A stretch of 64,000 bases of DNA from Balanoglossus misakiensis (GCA_040954595.2 CM082592.2:744001-808000), one strand, 5' to 3'; shown: positions 11,595 to 26,800, numbered from the stretch's first letter. Translations and numbers: made by a program. Notes: generated by a model from the sequence alone, not told the origin.

Positions 11595-13391
11595 AGCGTT
11601 CGTTAGCAACGTTGATCAAGTCAGATTTCCTACGGCATGGCTTTGCTAAAGCCCTGACACTCTAGAGCAGAAACACGCGTACAGAGACCACGTTGATCGA
11701 CTAACATTTCCTTCGGCCTGGCACGGCTGATGCCCCGGCACTATATATAGGACACAGACTGGCGTAAGTTAACAACGGTAATCACGTCGGGTTTCCTACG
11801 GCCTGGCTCAGCTGAAGCCCCGGCACTCTAGAGCGGAAACACGCGTACATTGACCACGATGATCAAGTCAGATCTCCTACGGCCTGGCTCGACTAAAACC
11901 CCGGCACATCATGACAGACACTAGCGTTCGTTAGCAACGGTGATAAAGTCGGATTTCCTTCGGCCTGGCTCTGCAAAAGACCCGACACTCTAGTACAAAG
12001 ACGTTGGCTAAGTCGGGCAAAACGAAGAGGGAAAGTCACAGCGGGTCAACACTCGACATTTGTTCGGGTAGAACTGGATTATTGCCTGTCAATTTATAGA
12101 GAGAGCCCGAATTTAACCAGGGCGTTTCAAACACCGACGTTAGTTGGGGGCACGGCCTGCAGTACTGCCGGGTAAGCTGACATCGGCGTACCGCATATAA
12201 TGTAGGGGGGGGGACAGAACGGTTCAATACTACATTTATTAGATATCAGCTAATTTTGGACAATCATCTAAAATCTAAATCATTTTTTCATATTTGGATA
12301 TCTGATGATGTATGAAATTTCCATTATATGTAAAAATGGTGCTGATTATAAAAAATGCACTCTGAATGAGCTGATTTAATACAAAATTGCGTTTTATTCG
12401 TTTTTGCACCAAAAAGGTCATTTTTAGGCAAAACATTCTTTATTTTTTTAATTCGGTGACCTGATCATATATAAACAATTGCTTGTATGTTAAAAGTTTT
12501 TATGACTTTTAAAAGCAGTGACACTGGCGGCATTCAACACGAAAATAACAATTTTAGCCACAATTTGGTCAAAATCGTAAATTTTTGAAAATTACAAAAA
12601 TACCTGTTTTCTACATTTTTGGAAATTTGATGGAGTATAGAATGCTCTTCGTATATATATATCGATACAAATTCCACAAAAAACGGCCAATTTGGCTCAC
12701 TGCAGACAAAATTGCGTTTTACCAAATTTTCCTTGAAAATGTCATTTTTTGAAAAAAAAATAAAAAAACCTTTGTTTTTCGAATTTGGTGCCCTGATCAT
12801 ATATGACATGTTGATTATATGTTAAAACTTTCGACCACTCCAAAAATGCAGAGATATTGACGGAATTCAAGAAAAAATAGCCATTTTGGCCATATTTTGA
12901 CAAAAATGGTAAATTTTTAAAAAATCATAAAAAATTAACTCTTTTCTTCATTTTCGGAAATATTATGGATAATGAAGTGTCGTTCTCTTGTAAAAAGTGC
13001 TGCAAATTCCAGAAAACGCGGTATAAATTGAATCACCCAAGACAAAATTACCATTTTCGACTTTTTTTCGAAAAATTGTCTTTTTTACAAAATAAATAAG
13101 AATAAATTCTTTTCTTAGTTTCAAACGGGTAGAGATACTTTCCACACGGGTTTTCTTACATTGAATTCCCGTTCATCAACTCAGATTTTCTACAGCATAA
13201 GTCGGCTAAAACCCCGGCACTCTAGAGCAGAAACACGCGTACAGAAACCACGTTGATCAAGTCAGATTTCCTACGGCGTGACTCGGCTGGTGCACCGGCT
13301 CTATATGACACAGACTGGCGTAAGTTATCAACGGTGATTACGTCGGATTTCCTACGGCCTGGTTTAGCTGAAGCCCCGGCACTTTAGAGCG

Positions 13392-14318
13392 AGACGTTCT
13401 TTGCCGAGTAGGATGCTGTCAGACAACGCATCGACTTATTTATCGGCTGCCAATGAAATCAAAACACTGTTTGATACGCCAGAAGTAAATGACTTTCTCG
13501 CCGCACATCGTGTACAATGGACGTTTATACCGAAGCGCGCGCCCTGGTTTGGTGGCTTCTGGGAGAGGCTGATTGCTTTGACAAAGAACGCTATTAGGAA
13601 AACTCTCGGTCGAGCTTACCTAACCTTTGATGAACTCGCAACAGTTGTGACTGAAATTGAAGCCGTTTTAAACGACGGGCCGTTAACGTACGTGTCATCC
13701 AGTATAAACGACAACATTGGATTGACCCCAAATCACTTGCTACATGGCAGGACACTGACATCATTGCCGTACATCGAGATCACCGACGAAGAGGTGATTG
13801 ACCCATCTTACTGTGATAATCGTGAAATCAACAAAAGATATGAACATCTATCAAGATTACACGATCAATTTTGGCGAAGATGGTCTTCCGATTATCTGAC
13901 TGCCCTACGTGAACGACATCCCACCAAAGGAACTCGTGATAATGTCATCAAGGTCGGAGATGTCGTGATAATACACAGTGACACTGACAAACGTCCGAAA
14001 TGGCATTTAGGAACTGTAACAAGGTTGATCTTCGGTAATGATAAACTGGTACGATCTGCGGAGTTGAACACCGCAGGTGGTCCTACAAACCGACCTATCC
14101 ATAAATTGTACCCATTGGAAGTTGTCTCCAAGGAGCTGTCAACTGTGTCTGGAGATAATACAGGTATTGGAGCAGATTCCAACACGAATACTGAAACAGT
14201 CGACACAGCTGGAGCCTCTGAAGATTCCTCGGTGAAGGCGGATTTTGTACCCCCGAGACGACCTGTCAGAGACTCTGCAGTTGCCGCTCGAGTACGAATA
14301 GCGGATCTCTCTATTTGA
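13392..14318 (+). pseudogene. Truncated BEL/Pao polyprotein: C-terminal half of the DDE integrase plus a DUF5641-like domain
   Basis: Motifs RRSLPSRMLSDNAST, APWFGGFWERLI, EIEAVLNDGPLT, LTPNHLL and FWRRWSSDYL. The frame is open from the junction and has no true start codon. Confidence 0.9.
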
Positions 14319-14478
14319 CTTTGAAATTGGAAAACAATTTCGATCGCATTGTGACTGTTATCATGTTTACTGACACAATGAACATTAGTTTATTATCCTT
14401 GAACACTTTAGGTGACTTTAATCATATTTCATGTTATTTGATGTTTTTTTTTCTGACGATTTTCGAGACTTTCCTTTG

Positions 14479-14490
14479 CGCGGGGGAGAA
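14479..14490 (+). promoter_or_regulatory. Polypurine tract
   Basis: CGCGGGGGAGAA lies directly before the LTR start. Confidence 0.75.
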
Positions 14491-14826
14491 TATGGAGAAG
14501 TGAGAGATTTACTCCAGAAGGATCACGTGACGGAAACTCTTACCCAATCAGAGTTGACTTTGTTTCCCGCCAAACTTTATACTTGTAGCAGATTTATTGT
14601 AATTTTTGAGTGTTTGCTCCGGCGTTCGTGGGACTTATATATAACCCAGATTTGGCGCTTTCGGGCAGCATTTTCTAAGGAGCTCTGTGGTGTTACTTTG
14701 TTGATGGATTCAGATGGTAATAAACCAGTGTTTTACCTAGCACTGAATCGTTCGCTTCTTTTCCGACGTCAGTATACTCGAACCCCCTCCCGGGAGTATT
14801 GATCACTGCCACGATACTTCCCCACA
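14491..14826 (+). repeat. 3' LTR, 336 bp
   Basis: Starts TATGGAGAAGT and ends ACTTCCCCACA (9/11 inverted match, TG mutated to TA). TATATATAA at 14636 and AATAAA at 14719. Confidence 0.75.
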
Positions 14827-17800
14827 ATTTGGTCAAAATTGTAAATTTTTGAAAATTACAAAAAATACCTGTTTTCTACATTTTCGGAAATCTGATGGAG
14901 TATAGAATGCTCTTCGTGTGTATATATCGATACAAATTCCACAAAAGACCGTCTAATTTGGCTCACTGCAGACAAAATTGCGTTTTACCAAATTTTCCTT
15001 GAAAATGTCATTTTTAGAAAAAAAAAATAAAAAAACCTTTGTTCTTCGAATTTGGTGCCCTGATCATATATGGCATGTTGATTGTATGTTAAGACTTTCG
15101 ACCACTCCAAAAATGCAGAGATATTGTCGGAATTCAAGAAAAAATAGCCATTTTGGCCATATTTTGACAAAAATGGTAAATTTTTAAAAAATCATAAAAA
15201 ATTAACTCTTTTCTTATTTTTTCGGAAATATTATGGAGCATGAAGTGTCGTTCTCTTGTAAAAAGTGCTGCAAATTCCAGAAAAGGCGGTATAATTTAAA
15301 TCACCCAAGACAAAATTACGACTTTTTTTCGAAAAATTGTCTTTTTTACAAAATAAATAAGAATAAATTCTTTTCTTAGTTTGAAACGGGTAGAGATACT
15401 TTCCACACGGGTTTTCTAACATTGAATTCCCGTTCATCAACTCAGATTTCCTACAGCATAAGTCGGCTAAAACCCTGACACTCTAGAGCAGAAACAGTTG
15501 CACACTGGTAACGTTGAACAAGTCGATTTTTCTACGGCCTGGCTCCGCTAAATGTACGTCACAATATGACAGACACTAGCGTACGTTAGCAACGGTGATC
15601 AAGTCAGATTTTCTACGGCATGGCTTGGATAAAGCCCCGGCACTCTAGAGCAGAAAAACGCGTACAGAGACCACGTTGATCAAGTCTGATCTCCTACGGC
15701 TTGGCTCGACTGAAACCCCGGCACACTATGACAGACACTAGCGTTCGTTATCAACGTTGATTAAGTCAGATTTCCTACGGCATGGCTTGGCCCTGGCACT
15801 CTAGAGCAGAAACACGCGTACAGAGACCACGTTGATCTACTCACATTTCCTTCGGCCTGGCACGGCTGATGCCCCGGCACTATATATAGGACACAGACTG
15901 GCGTAAGTTAACAACGGTAATCACGTCGGGTTTCCTACGGCCTGGCTCAGCTGAAGCCCCGGCACTCTAGAGCAGAAACAGGCGTACATTGACCACGTTG
16001 ATCAAGTCAGATTTCCTACGGCGTGACTCGGCTGGTGCACCGGCTCTATATGACACAGACTGGCGTAAGTTATCAATGGTGATTACGTCGGATTTCCTAC
16101 GGCCTGGTTTAGCTGAAGCCCCGGCACTTTAGAGCGGAAACACGCGTACATTGACCACGATGATCAAGTCAGATCTCCTACGGCCTGGCTCGACTAAAAC
16201 CCCGGCACACCATGACAGACACTAGCGTTCGTTAGCAACGGTGATCAAGTCGGATTTCCTTCGGCCTGGCTCTGCAAAAGACCCGACACTCTAGTACAAA
16301 GACGTTGGCTAAGTCGGGCAAACCGAAGAGGGAAAGTCACAGCGGGTCAACACTCGACATTTGTTCGGGTAGGACTGCATTATTGCCTGTCAATTTATAG
16401 AGAAAGCCCGAATTTAACCAGGGCGCTTCAAACACCGACGTTAGTTGGGGGCACGGCCTGCAGTACTGCCGGGTAAGCTCACATCGGCGTACCGCATATA
16501 ATGTAAGGGGGGGGGGGGGAACAGAACGGTTCAATACTACATTTATTAGATATCAGCTAATTTTGGACAATCATCTAAAATCTAAATAATTTTTTCATAT
16601 TTGGATATCTGATGATGTATGAAATTTCCATTATATGTAAAAATGGTGCTGATTATAAAAAATGCACTCTGAATGAGCTGATTTAATACAAAATTGCGTT
16701 TTATTCGTTTTTGCACCAAAAAGGTCATTTTTAGGGAAAACATTCTTTATTATTTTAATTCGGTGACCTGATCATATATAAACAATTGCTTGTATGTTAA
16801 AAGTTTTCATGACTTTTAAAAGCAGTGACACTGGCGGCATTCAACACGAAAATAACAATTTTAGCCACAATTTGGTCAAAATGGTAAATTTTTGAAAATT
16901 ACAAAAATACCTGTTTTCTACATTTTCGGAAATCTGATGGAGTATAGAATGCTCTTCGTATATATATATCGATACAAATTCCACAAAAAACGGCCAATTT
17001 GGCTCACTGCAGATAAAATTGCGTTTTACCAAATTTTCCTTGAAAATGTCATTTTTAGAAAAAAAATAAAAAAACCTTTGTTCTTCGAATTTGGTGCCCT
17101 GATCATATATGACATGTTGATTGTATGTTAAAACTTTCGACCACTCCAAAAATGCAGAGATATTGACGGAATTCAAGAAAAAATAGCCATTTTGGCCATA
17201 TTTTGACAAAAATGGTAAATTTTTAAAAAATCATAAAAAAATAACTCTTTTCTTCATTTTCGGAAATATTATGGAGCATGATGTGTCGTTCTCTTGTAAA
17301 AAATGCTGCAAATTCCAGAAAAGGCGGTATAATTTGAATCACCCAAGACAAAATTACCATTTTCGACTTTTTTTCGAAAAATTGTCTTTTTTACAAAAAA
17401 ATAAGAATAAATTCTTTTCTTAGTTTCAAACGGGTAGAGATACTTTCCACACGGGTTTTCTAACATTGAATTCACGTTCATCAACTCAGATTTCCTACAG
17501 CATAAGTCGGCTAAAACCCTGACACTCTAGAGCAGAAACAGTTGCACACTGGTAACGTTGAACAAGTCGATTTTTCTACGGCCTGGCTCGGCTAAATCTC
17601 CGTCACAATATGACAGACACTAGCGTACGTTAGCAACGGTGATCAAGTCAGATTTTCTACGGCATGGCTTGGATAAAGCCCGGCACTCTAGAGCAGAAAC
17701 ACGCGTACAGAGACCACGTTGATCAAGTCTGATCTCTTACGGCTTGGCTCGACTAAAACCCCAGCACACTATGACAGACACTAGCGTTCGTTAGCAACGT

Positions 17801-20800
17801 TGATCAAGTCAGATTTCCTACGGCATGGCTTGGCTAAAGTCCTGGCACTCTAGAGCAGAAACACGCGTACAGAGACCACGTTGATCTACTCACATTTCCT
17901 TCGGCCTGGCACGGCTGATGCCCCGGCACTATATATAGGACACAGACTGGCGTAAGTTAACAACGGTAATCACGTCGGGTTTCCTACGGCCTGGCTCAGC
18001 TGAAGCCCCGGCACTCTAGAGCAGAAACAGGCGTACATTGACCACGTTGATCAAGTCAGATTTCCTACGGCGTGACTCGGCTGGTGCACCGGCTCTATAT
18101 GACACAGACTGGCGTAAGTTATCAACAGTGATTACGTCGGATTTCCTACGGCCTGTTTAGCTGAAGCCCCGGCACTTTAGAGCGGAAACACGCGTACATT
18201 GACCACGATGATCAAGTCAGATCTCCTACGGCCTGGCTCGACTAAAACCCCGGCACACCATGACAGACACTAGCGTTCGTTAGCAACGGTGATCAAGTCG
18301 GATTTCCTTCGGCCTGGCTCTGCAAAAGACCCGACACTCTAGTACAAAGACGTTGGCTAAGTCGGGCAAACCGAAGAGGGAAAGTCACAGCGGTTCAACA
18401 CTTGACATTTGTTCGGGTAGGACTGCATTATTGCCTGTCAATTTATAGAGAAAGCCCGAAATTAACCAGGGCGTTTCCAACACCGACGTTAGTTGGGGGC
18501 ACGGCCTGCAGTACTGCCGGGTAAGCTGACATCGGCGTACCGCATATAATGTAGGGGGGGGGGGGGGGGAACAGAACGGTTCAATACTACATTTATTAGA
18601 TATCAACTAATTTTGGACAATCATCTAAAATCTAAATCATTTTTTCATATTTGGATATCTGATGATGTATGAAATTTCCATTATATGTAAAAATGGTGCT
18701 GATTATAAAAAATGCATTCTGATTCAATACAAAATTGCGTTTTATTCGTTTTTGCACCAAAAAGGTCATTTTAGGCAAAACATTCTTTATTTTTTTAATT
18801 CGGTGACCTGATCATATATAAACAATTGCTTGTATGTTAAAAGTTTTTATGACTTTTAAAAGCAGTGACACTGGCGGCATTCAACAGGAAAATAACAATT
18901 TTAGCCACAATTTGGTCTAAATGGTAAATTTTTGAAAATTACAAAAAATACCTGTTTTCTACATTTTCGGAAATCTGATGGAGTATAGAATGCTCTTCGT
19001 ATGTATATATCGATACAAATTCCACAAAAGACCGTCTAATTTGGCTCACTGCAGACAAAATTGCGTTTTACCAAATTTTCCTTGAAAATGTCATTTTTAG
19101 AAAAAAAATAAAAAAAACCTTTGTTCTTCGAATTTGGTGCCCTGATCATATATGACATGTTGATTGTATGTTAAGACTTTCGACCACTCCAAAAATGCAG
19201 AGATATTGACGGAATTCAAGAAAAAATAGCCATTTTGGCCATATTTTGACAAAAATGGTAAATTTTTAAAAAATCATAAAAAATTAACTCTTTTCTTATT
19301 TTTTCGGAAATATTATGGAGCATGAAGTGTCGTTCTCTTGTAAAAAGTGCTGCAAATTCCAGAAAAGGCGGTATAATTTAAATCACCCAAGACAAAATTA
19401 CTATTTTCGACTTGTTTTCGAAAAATTGTCTTTTTTACAAAATAAATAAGAATAAATTCTTTTCTTAGTTTCAAACGGGTAGAGATACTTTCCACACGGG
19501 TTTTCTAACATTGAATTCCCGTTCATCAACTCAGATTTCCTACAGCATAAGTCGGCTAAAACCCTGACACTCTAGAGCAGAAACAGTTGCACACTGGTAA
19601 CGTTGAACAAGTCGATTTTTCTACGGCCTGGCTCCGCTAAATGTCCGTCACAATATGACAGACACTAGCGTACGTTAGCAACGGTGATCAAGTCAGATTT
19701 TCTACGGCATGGCTTGGATAAAGCCCCGGCACTCTAGAGCAGAAACACGCGTACGAGACCACGTTGATCAAGTCTGATCTCCTACGGCTTGGCTCGACTA
19801 AAACCCTGGCACACTATGACAGACACTAGCGTTCGTTAGCAACGTTGATCAAGTCAGATTTCCTACGGCATGGCTTGGCTAAAGCCCTGGCACTCTTGAG
19901 CAGAAACACGCGTACAGAGACCACGTTGATCTACTCACATTTCCTTCGGCCTGGCACGGCTGATGCCCCGGCACTATATATAGGACACAGACTGGCGTAA
20001 GTTAACAACGGTAATCACGTCGGGTTTCCTACGGCCTGGCTCAGCTGAAGCCCCGGCATTCTAGAGCAGAAACAGGCGTACATTGACCACGTTGATCAAG
20101 TCAGATTTCCTACGGCGTGACTCGGCTGGTGCACCGGCTCTATATGACACAGACTGGCGTAAGTTATCAACGGTGATTACGGCGGATGTCCTACGGCCTG
20201 GTTTAGCTGAAGCCCCGGCACTTTAGAGCGGAAACACGCGTACATTGACCACGATGATCAAGTCAGATCTCCTACGGCCTGGCCCGACTAAAACCCCGGC
20301 ACACCATGACAGACACTAGCGTTCGTTAGCAACGGTGATCAAGTCGGATTTCCTTCGGCCTGGCTCTGCAAAAGACCCGACACTCTAGTACAAAGACGTT
20401 GGCTAAGTCGGGCAAACCGAAGAGGGAAAGTCACAGCGGGTCAACACTCGACATTTGTTCCGGTAGGACTGCATTATTGCCTGTCAATTTATAGAGAAAG
20501 CCCGAATTTAACCAGGGCGTTTCAAACACCGACGTTAGTTGGGGGCACGGCCTGCAGTACTGCCGGGTAAGCTGACATCGGCGTACCGCATATAATGTAG
20601 GGGGGGGGGGGGAACAGAACGGTTCAATACTACATTTATTAGATATCAGCTAATTTTGGACAATCATCTAAAATCTAAATCATTTTTTCATATTTGGATA
20701 TCTGATGATGTATTAAATTTCCATTACATGTAAAAATGGTGCTGATTATAAAAAATGCATTCTGATTTAATACAAAATTGCGTTTTATTCGTTTTTGCAC

Positions 20801-23800
20801 CAAAAAGGTCATTTTTAGGCAAAACATTCTTTATTTTTTTAATTCGGTGAAGTGATCATATATAAACAATTGCTTGTATGTTAAAAGTTTTTATGACTTT
20901 TAAAAGCAGTGACACTGGCGGCATTCAACACGAAAATAACAATTTTAGCCACAATTTGGTCAAAATGATAAATTTTTGAAAATTACAAAAAAATACCTGT
21001 TTTCTACATTTTCGGAAATCTGATGGAGTATAGAATGCTCTTCGTATGTATATATCGACACAAATTCCACAAAAGACCGTCTAATTTGGCTCACTGCAGA
21101 CAAAATTGCGTTTTACCAAATTTTCCTTGAAAATGTCATTTTTAGAAGAAAAAAAATAAAAAAACCTTTGTTCTTCGAATTTGGTGCCCTGATCATATAT
21201 GACATGTTGATTGTATGTTAAAACTTTCGACCACTCCAAAAATGCAGATATATTGACGGAATTCAAGAAAAAATAGCCATTTTGGCCATATTTTGACAAA
21301 AATGGTAAATTTTTAAAAAATCATAAAAAAAATAACTCTTTTCTTCATTTTCCGAAATATTATGGAGCATGAAGTGTCGTTCTCTTGTAAGAAGTGCAGC
21401 AAATTCCAGAAAAGGCGGTATAATTTGAATCACCCAAGACAAAATTACCATTTTCGACTTTTTTCGAAAAATTGTCTTTTTTACAAAATAAATAAGAATA
21501 AATTCTTTTCTTAGTTTCAAACGGGTAGAGATACTTTCCACACGGGTTTTCTAACATTGAATTCCCATTCATCAACTCAGATTTCCTACAGCCTAAGTCG
21601 GCTAAAACCCTGACACTCTAGAGCAGAAACAGTTGCACACTGGTAACGTTGAACATGTCGATTTTTCTACGGCCTGGCTCTGCTAAATCACCGTCACAAT
21701 ATGACAGACACTAGCGTACGTTAGCAACGGTGATCAAGTCAGATTTTCTACGGCATGGCTTGGATAAAGCCCAGGCACTCTAGAGCAGAAACACGCGTAC
21801 AGAGACCACGTTGATCAAGTCTGATCTCCTACGGCTTGGCTCGACTAAAACCATGGCACACTATGACAGACACTAGCGTTCGTTAGCAACGTTGATCAAG
21901 TCAGATTTCCTACGGCATGGCTTGGCTAAAGCCCTGGCACTCTAGAGCAGAAACACGCGTACAGAGACCACGTTGATCTACTCACATTTCCTTCGGCCTG
22001 GCACGGCTGATGCCCCGGCACTATATATAGGACACAGACTGGCGTAAGTTAACAACGGTAATCACGTCGGGTTTCCTACGGCCTGGCTCAGCTGAAGCCC
22101 CGGCACTCTAGAGCAGAAACAGGCGTACATTGACCACGTTGATCAAGTCAGATTTCCTACGGCGTGACTCGGCTGGTGCACCGGCTCTATATGACACAGA
22201 CTGGCGCAAGTTATCAACGGTGATTACGTCGGATTTCCTACGGCCTGGTTTAGCTGAAGCCCCGGCACTTTAGAGCGGAAACACGCGTACATTGACCACG
22301 ATGATCAAGTCAGATCTCCTACGGCCTGGCTCGACTAAAACCCCGGCACACCATGACAGACACTAGCGTTCGTTAGCAACGGTGATCAAGTCGGATTTCC
22401 TTCGGCCTGGCTCTGCAAAAGACCCGACACTCTAGTACAAAGACGTTGGCTAAGTCGGGCAAACCGAACAGGGAAAGTCACAGCGGTTCAACACTTGACA
22501 TTTGTTTCGGTAGGACTGCATTATTGCCTGTCAATTTATAGAGAAAGCCCGAATTTAACCAGGGCGTTTCAAACACCGACGTTAGTTGGGGGCACGGCCT
22601 GCAGTACTGCCGGGTAAGCTGACATCGGCGTACCGCATATAATGTAGGGGGGGGGGTGAACAGAACGGTTCAATACTACATTTATTAGATATCAGCTAAT
22701 TTTGGACAATCATCTAAAATCTAAATCATTTTTTCATATTTGGATATCTGATGATGTATGAAATTTCCATTATATGTAAAAATGGTGCTGATTATAAAAA
22801 ATGCACTCAGATTTAATACAAAATTGCGTTTTATTCGTTTTTGCACCAAAAAGGTCATTTTTAGGCAAAACATTCTTTATTTTTTTAATTCGGTGACCTG
22901 ATCATATATAAACAATTGCTTGTATGTTAAAAGTTTTTATGACTTTTAAAAGCAGTGACACTGGCGGCATTCAACACGAAAATAACAATTTTAGCCACAA
23001 TTTGGTCAAAATGGTAAATTTTTGAAAATTACAAAAATACCTGTTTTCTACATTTTCGGAAATCTGATGGAGTATAGAATGCTCTTCGTATATATATATA
23101 TCGATACAAATTCCACAAAAAACGGCCAATTTGGCTCACTGCAGACAAAATTGCGTTTTACCAAATTTTCCTTGAAAATGTCATTTTTAGAAAAAAAAAT
23201 AAAAAAACCTTTGTTCTTCGAATTTGGTGCCCTGATCATATATGACATGTTGATTATATGTTAGAACTTTAGACCACTCCAAAAATGCAGAGATATTGAC
23301 GGAATTCAAGAAAAAATAGCCATTTTGGCCATATTTTGACAAAAATGGTAAATTTTTAAAATATCATAAAAAATTAACTCTTTTCTTCATTTTCGGAAAT
23401 ATAATGGAGCATGAAGTGTCGTTCTCTTGTAAAAAGTGCTGCAAATTCCAGAAAAGGCGGTATAATTTGAATCACCCAAGACAAAATTACCATTTTCGCC
23501 TTTTTTTCGAAAAATTGTCTTTTTTACAAAATAAATAAGAATAAATTCTTTTCTTAGTTTCAAACGGGTAGAGATACTTTCCACACGGGTTTTCTAACAT
23601 TGAATTCCCATTCATCAACTCAGATTTCCTACAGCATAAGTCGGCTAAAACCCTGACACTCTAGAGCAGAAACAGTTGCACACTGGTAACGTTGAACATG
23701 TCGATTTTTCTACGGCCTGGCTCTGCTAAATCTCCGTCACAATATGACAGACACTAGCGTACGTTAGCAACGGTGATCAAGTCAGATTTTCTACGGCATG

Positions 23801-26800
23801 GCTTGGATAAAGCCCCGGCACTCTAGAGCAGAAACACGCGTACAGAGACCACGTTAATCAAGTCTGATCTCCTACGGCTTGGCTCGACTAAAACCCTGGC
23901 ACACTATGACAGACACTAGCGTTCGTTAGCAACGTTGATCAAGTCAGATTTCCTACGGCATGGCTTGGCTAAAGCCCTGGCACTCTAGAGCAGAAACACG
24001 CGTACAGAGACCACGTTGATCTACTCACATTTCCTTCGGCCTGGCACGGCTGATGCCCCGGCACTATATATAGGACACAGACTGGCGTAAGTTAACAACG
24101 GTAATCACGTCGGGTTTCCTACGGCCTGGCTCAGCTGAAGCCCCGGCACTCTAGAGCAGAAACAGGCGTACATTGACCACGTTGATCAAGTCAGATTTCC
24201 TACGGCGTGACTCGGCTGGTGCACCGGCTCTATATGACACAGACTGGCGTAAGTTATCAACGGTGATTACGTCGGATTTCCTACGGCCTGGTTTAGCTGA
24301 AGCCCCGGCACTTTAGAGCGGAAACACGCGTACATTGACCACGATGATCAAGTCAGATCTCCTACGGCCTGGCTCGACTAAAACCCCGGCACACCATGAC
24401 AGACACTAGCGTTCGTTAGCAACGGTGATCAAGTCGGATTTCCTTCGGCCTGGCTCTGCAAAAGACCCGACACTCTAGTACAAAGACGTTGGCTAAGTCG
24501 GGCAAACCGAAGAGGGAAAGTCACAGCGGGTCAAAACTCGACATTTGTTCCGGTAGGACTGCATTATTGCCTGTCAATTTATAGAGAAAGCCCGAATTTA
24601 ACCAGGGCGTTTCAAACACCGACGTTAGTTGGGGGCACGGCCTGCAGTACTGCCGGGTAAGCTGACATCGGCGTACCGCATATAATGTAGGGGGGGGGGG
24701 GAAACAGAACGGTTGAATACTACATTTATTAGATATCAGCTAATTTTGGACAATCATCTAAAATCTAAATCATTTTTTCATATTTGGATATCTGATGATG
24801 TATGAAATTTCCATTACATGTAAAAATGGTGCTGATTATAAAAAATGCATTCTGATTTAATACAAAATTGCGTTTTATTCGTTTTTACACCAAAAAGGTC
24901 ATTTTTAGGCAAAACATTCTTTATTTTTTTAATTCGGTGACCTGATCATATATAAACAATTGCTTGTATGTTAAAAGTTTTATGACTTTTAAAAGCAGTG
25001 ACACTGGCGGCATTCAACACGAAAATAACAATTTTAGCCACAATTTGGTCAAAATGGTAAATTTTTGAAAATTACAAAAAAATACCTGTTTTCTACATTT
25101 TCGGAAATCTGATGGAGTATAGAATGCTCTTCGTATGTATATATCGATACAAATTCCACAAAAGACCGTCTAATTTGGCTCACTGCAGACAAAATGCGTT
25201 TTACCAAATTTTCCTTGAAAATGTCATTTTTAGAAGAAAAAAAAATAAAAAAACCTTTGTTCTTCGAATTTGGTGCCCTGATCATATATGACATGTTGAT
25301 TGTATGTTAAAACTTTCGACCACTCCAAAAATGCAGATATATTGACGGAATTCAAGAAAAAATAGCCATTTTGGCCATATTTTGACTAAAATGGTAAATT
25401 TTTAAAAAATCTTAAAAAAATAACTCTTTTCTTCATTTTCCGAAATATTATGGAGCATGAAGTGTCGTTCTCTTGTAAGAAGTGCAGCAAATTCCAGAAA
25501 AGGCGGTATAATTTGAATCACCCAAGACAAAATTACCATTTTTGACTTTTTTTCGAAAAATTGTCTTTTTTACAAAATAAATAAGAATAAATTCTTTTCT
25601 TAGTTTCAAACGGGTAGAGATACTTTCCACAAGGGTTTTCTAACATTGAATTCCCGTTCATCAACTCAGATTTCCTACAGCATAAGTCGGCTAAAACCCT
25701 GACACTCTAGAGCAGAAACAGTTGCACACTGGTAACGTTGAACAAGTCGATTTTTCTATGGCCTGGCTCGGCTAAATCTACGTCACAATATGACAGACAC
25801 TAGCGTACGTTAGCAACGGTGATCAAGTCAGATTTTCTACGGCATGGCTTGGATAAAGCCCCGGCACTCTAGAGCAGAAACACGCGTACAGAGACCACGT
25901 TGATCAAGTCTGATCTCCTACGGCTTGGCTCGACTAAAACCCCGGCACACTATGACAGACACTAGCGTTCGTTAGCAACGTTGATCAAGTCAGATTTTCT
26001 ACGGCATGGCTTGGCTAAAGCCCTGGCACTCTAGAGCAGAAACACGCGTACAGAGACCACGTTGATCTACTCACATTTCCTTCGGCCTGGCACGGCTGAT
26101 GCCCCGGCACTATATATATGACACAGACTGGCGTAAGTTAACAACGGTAATCACGTCGGGTTTCCTACGGCCTGGCTCAGCTGAAGCCCCGGCACTCTAG
26201 AGCAGAAACAGGCGTACATTGACCACGTTGATCAAGTCAGATTTCCTACGGCGTGACTCGGCTGGTGCACCGGCTCTATATGACACAGACTGGCGTAAGT
26301 TATCAACGGTGATTACGTCGGATTTCCTACGGCCTGGTTTACCTGAAGCCCCGGTACTTTAGAGCGGAAACACGCGTACATTGACCACGATGATCAAGTC
26401 AGATCTCCTACGGCCTGGCTCGACTAAAACCCCGGCACACCATGATATACACTAGCGTTCGTTAGCAACGGTGATCAAGTCGGATTTCCTTCGGCCTGGC
26501 TCTGCAAAAGACCCGACACTATAGTACAAAGACGTTGGCTAAGTCGGGCAAACCGAAGAGGGAAAGTCACAGCGGTTTAACACTTGACATTTGTTCGGGT
26601 AGGACTGCATTATTGCCTGTCAATTTATAGAGAAAGCCCGAATTTAACCAGGGCGTTTCAAACACCAACGTTAGTTGGGGGCACGGCCTGCAGTACTGCC
26701 GGGTAAGCTGACATCGGCGTACCGCATATAATGTGGGGGGGGGGGGGGACAGAACGGTTCAATACTACATTTATTAGATATCAGCTAATTTTGGACAATC

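Larger units (their letters stand above)
1..13391. repeat. ~2.05-kb macrosatellite array, segment 1
   Basis: The marker CATATAATGTA(G)n recurs at ~568, 2620, 4994, 7240, 9138 and 12204. Near-identical spurious ORFs recur at 1303 and 3351 (2048-bp offset). Confidence 0.98.
13392..14826 (+). mobile_element. 3' fragment of a BEL/Pao LTR retrotransposon (partial integrase, PPT, 3' LTR)
   Basis: Non-satellite sequence carrying BEL-type integrase motifs, followed by a polypurine tract and an LTR ending in CA. No 5' LTR, gag or RT is present. Confidence 0.9.

Noticed and set aside
14315-14802. ORFs after the BEL integrase as a possible env or extra gene
   Set aside because: They are short, run across the PPT and LTR, and show no recognisable motif.
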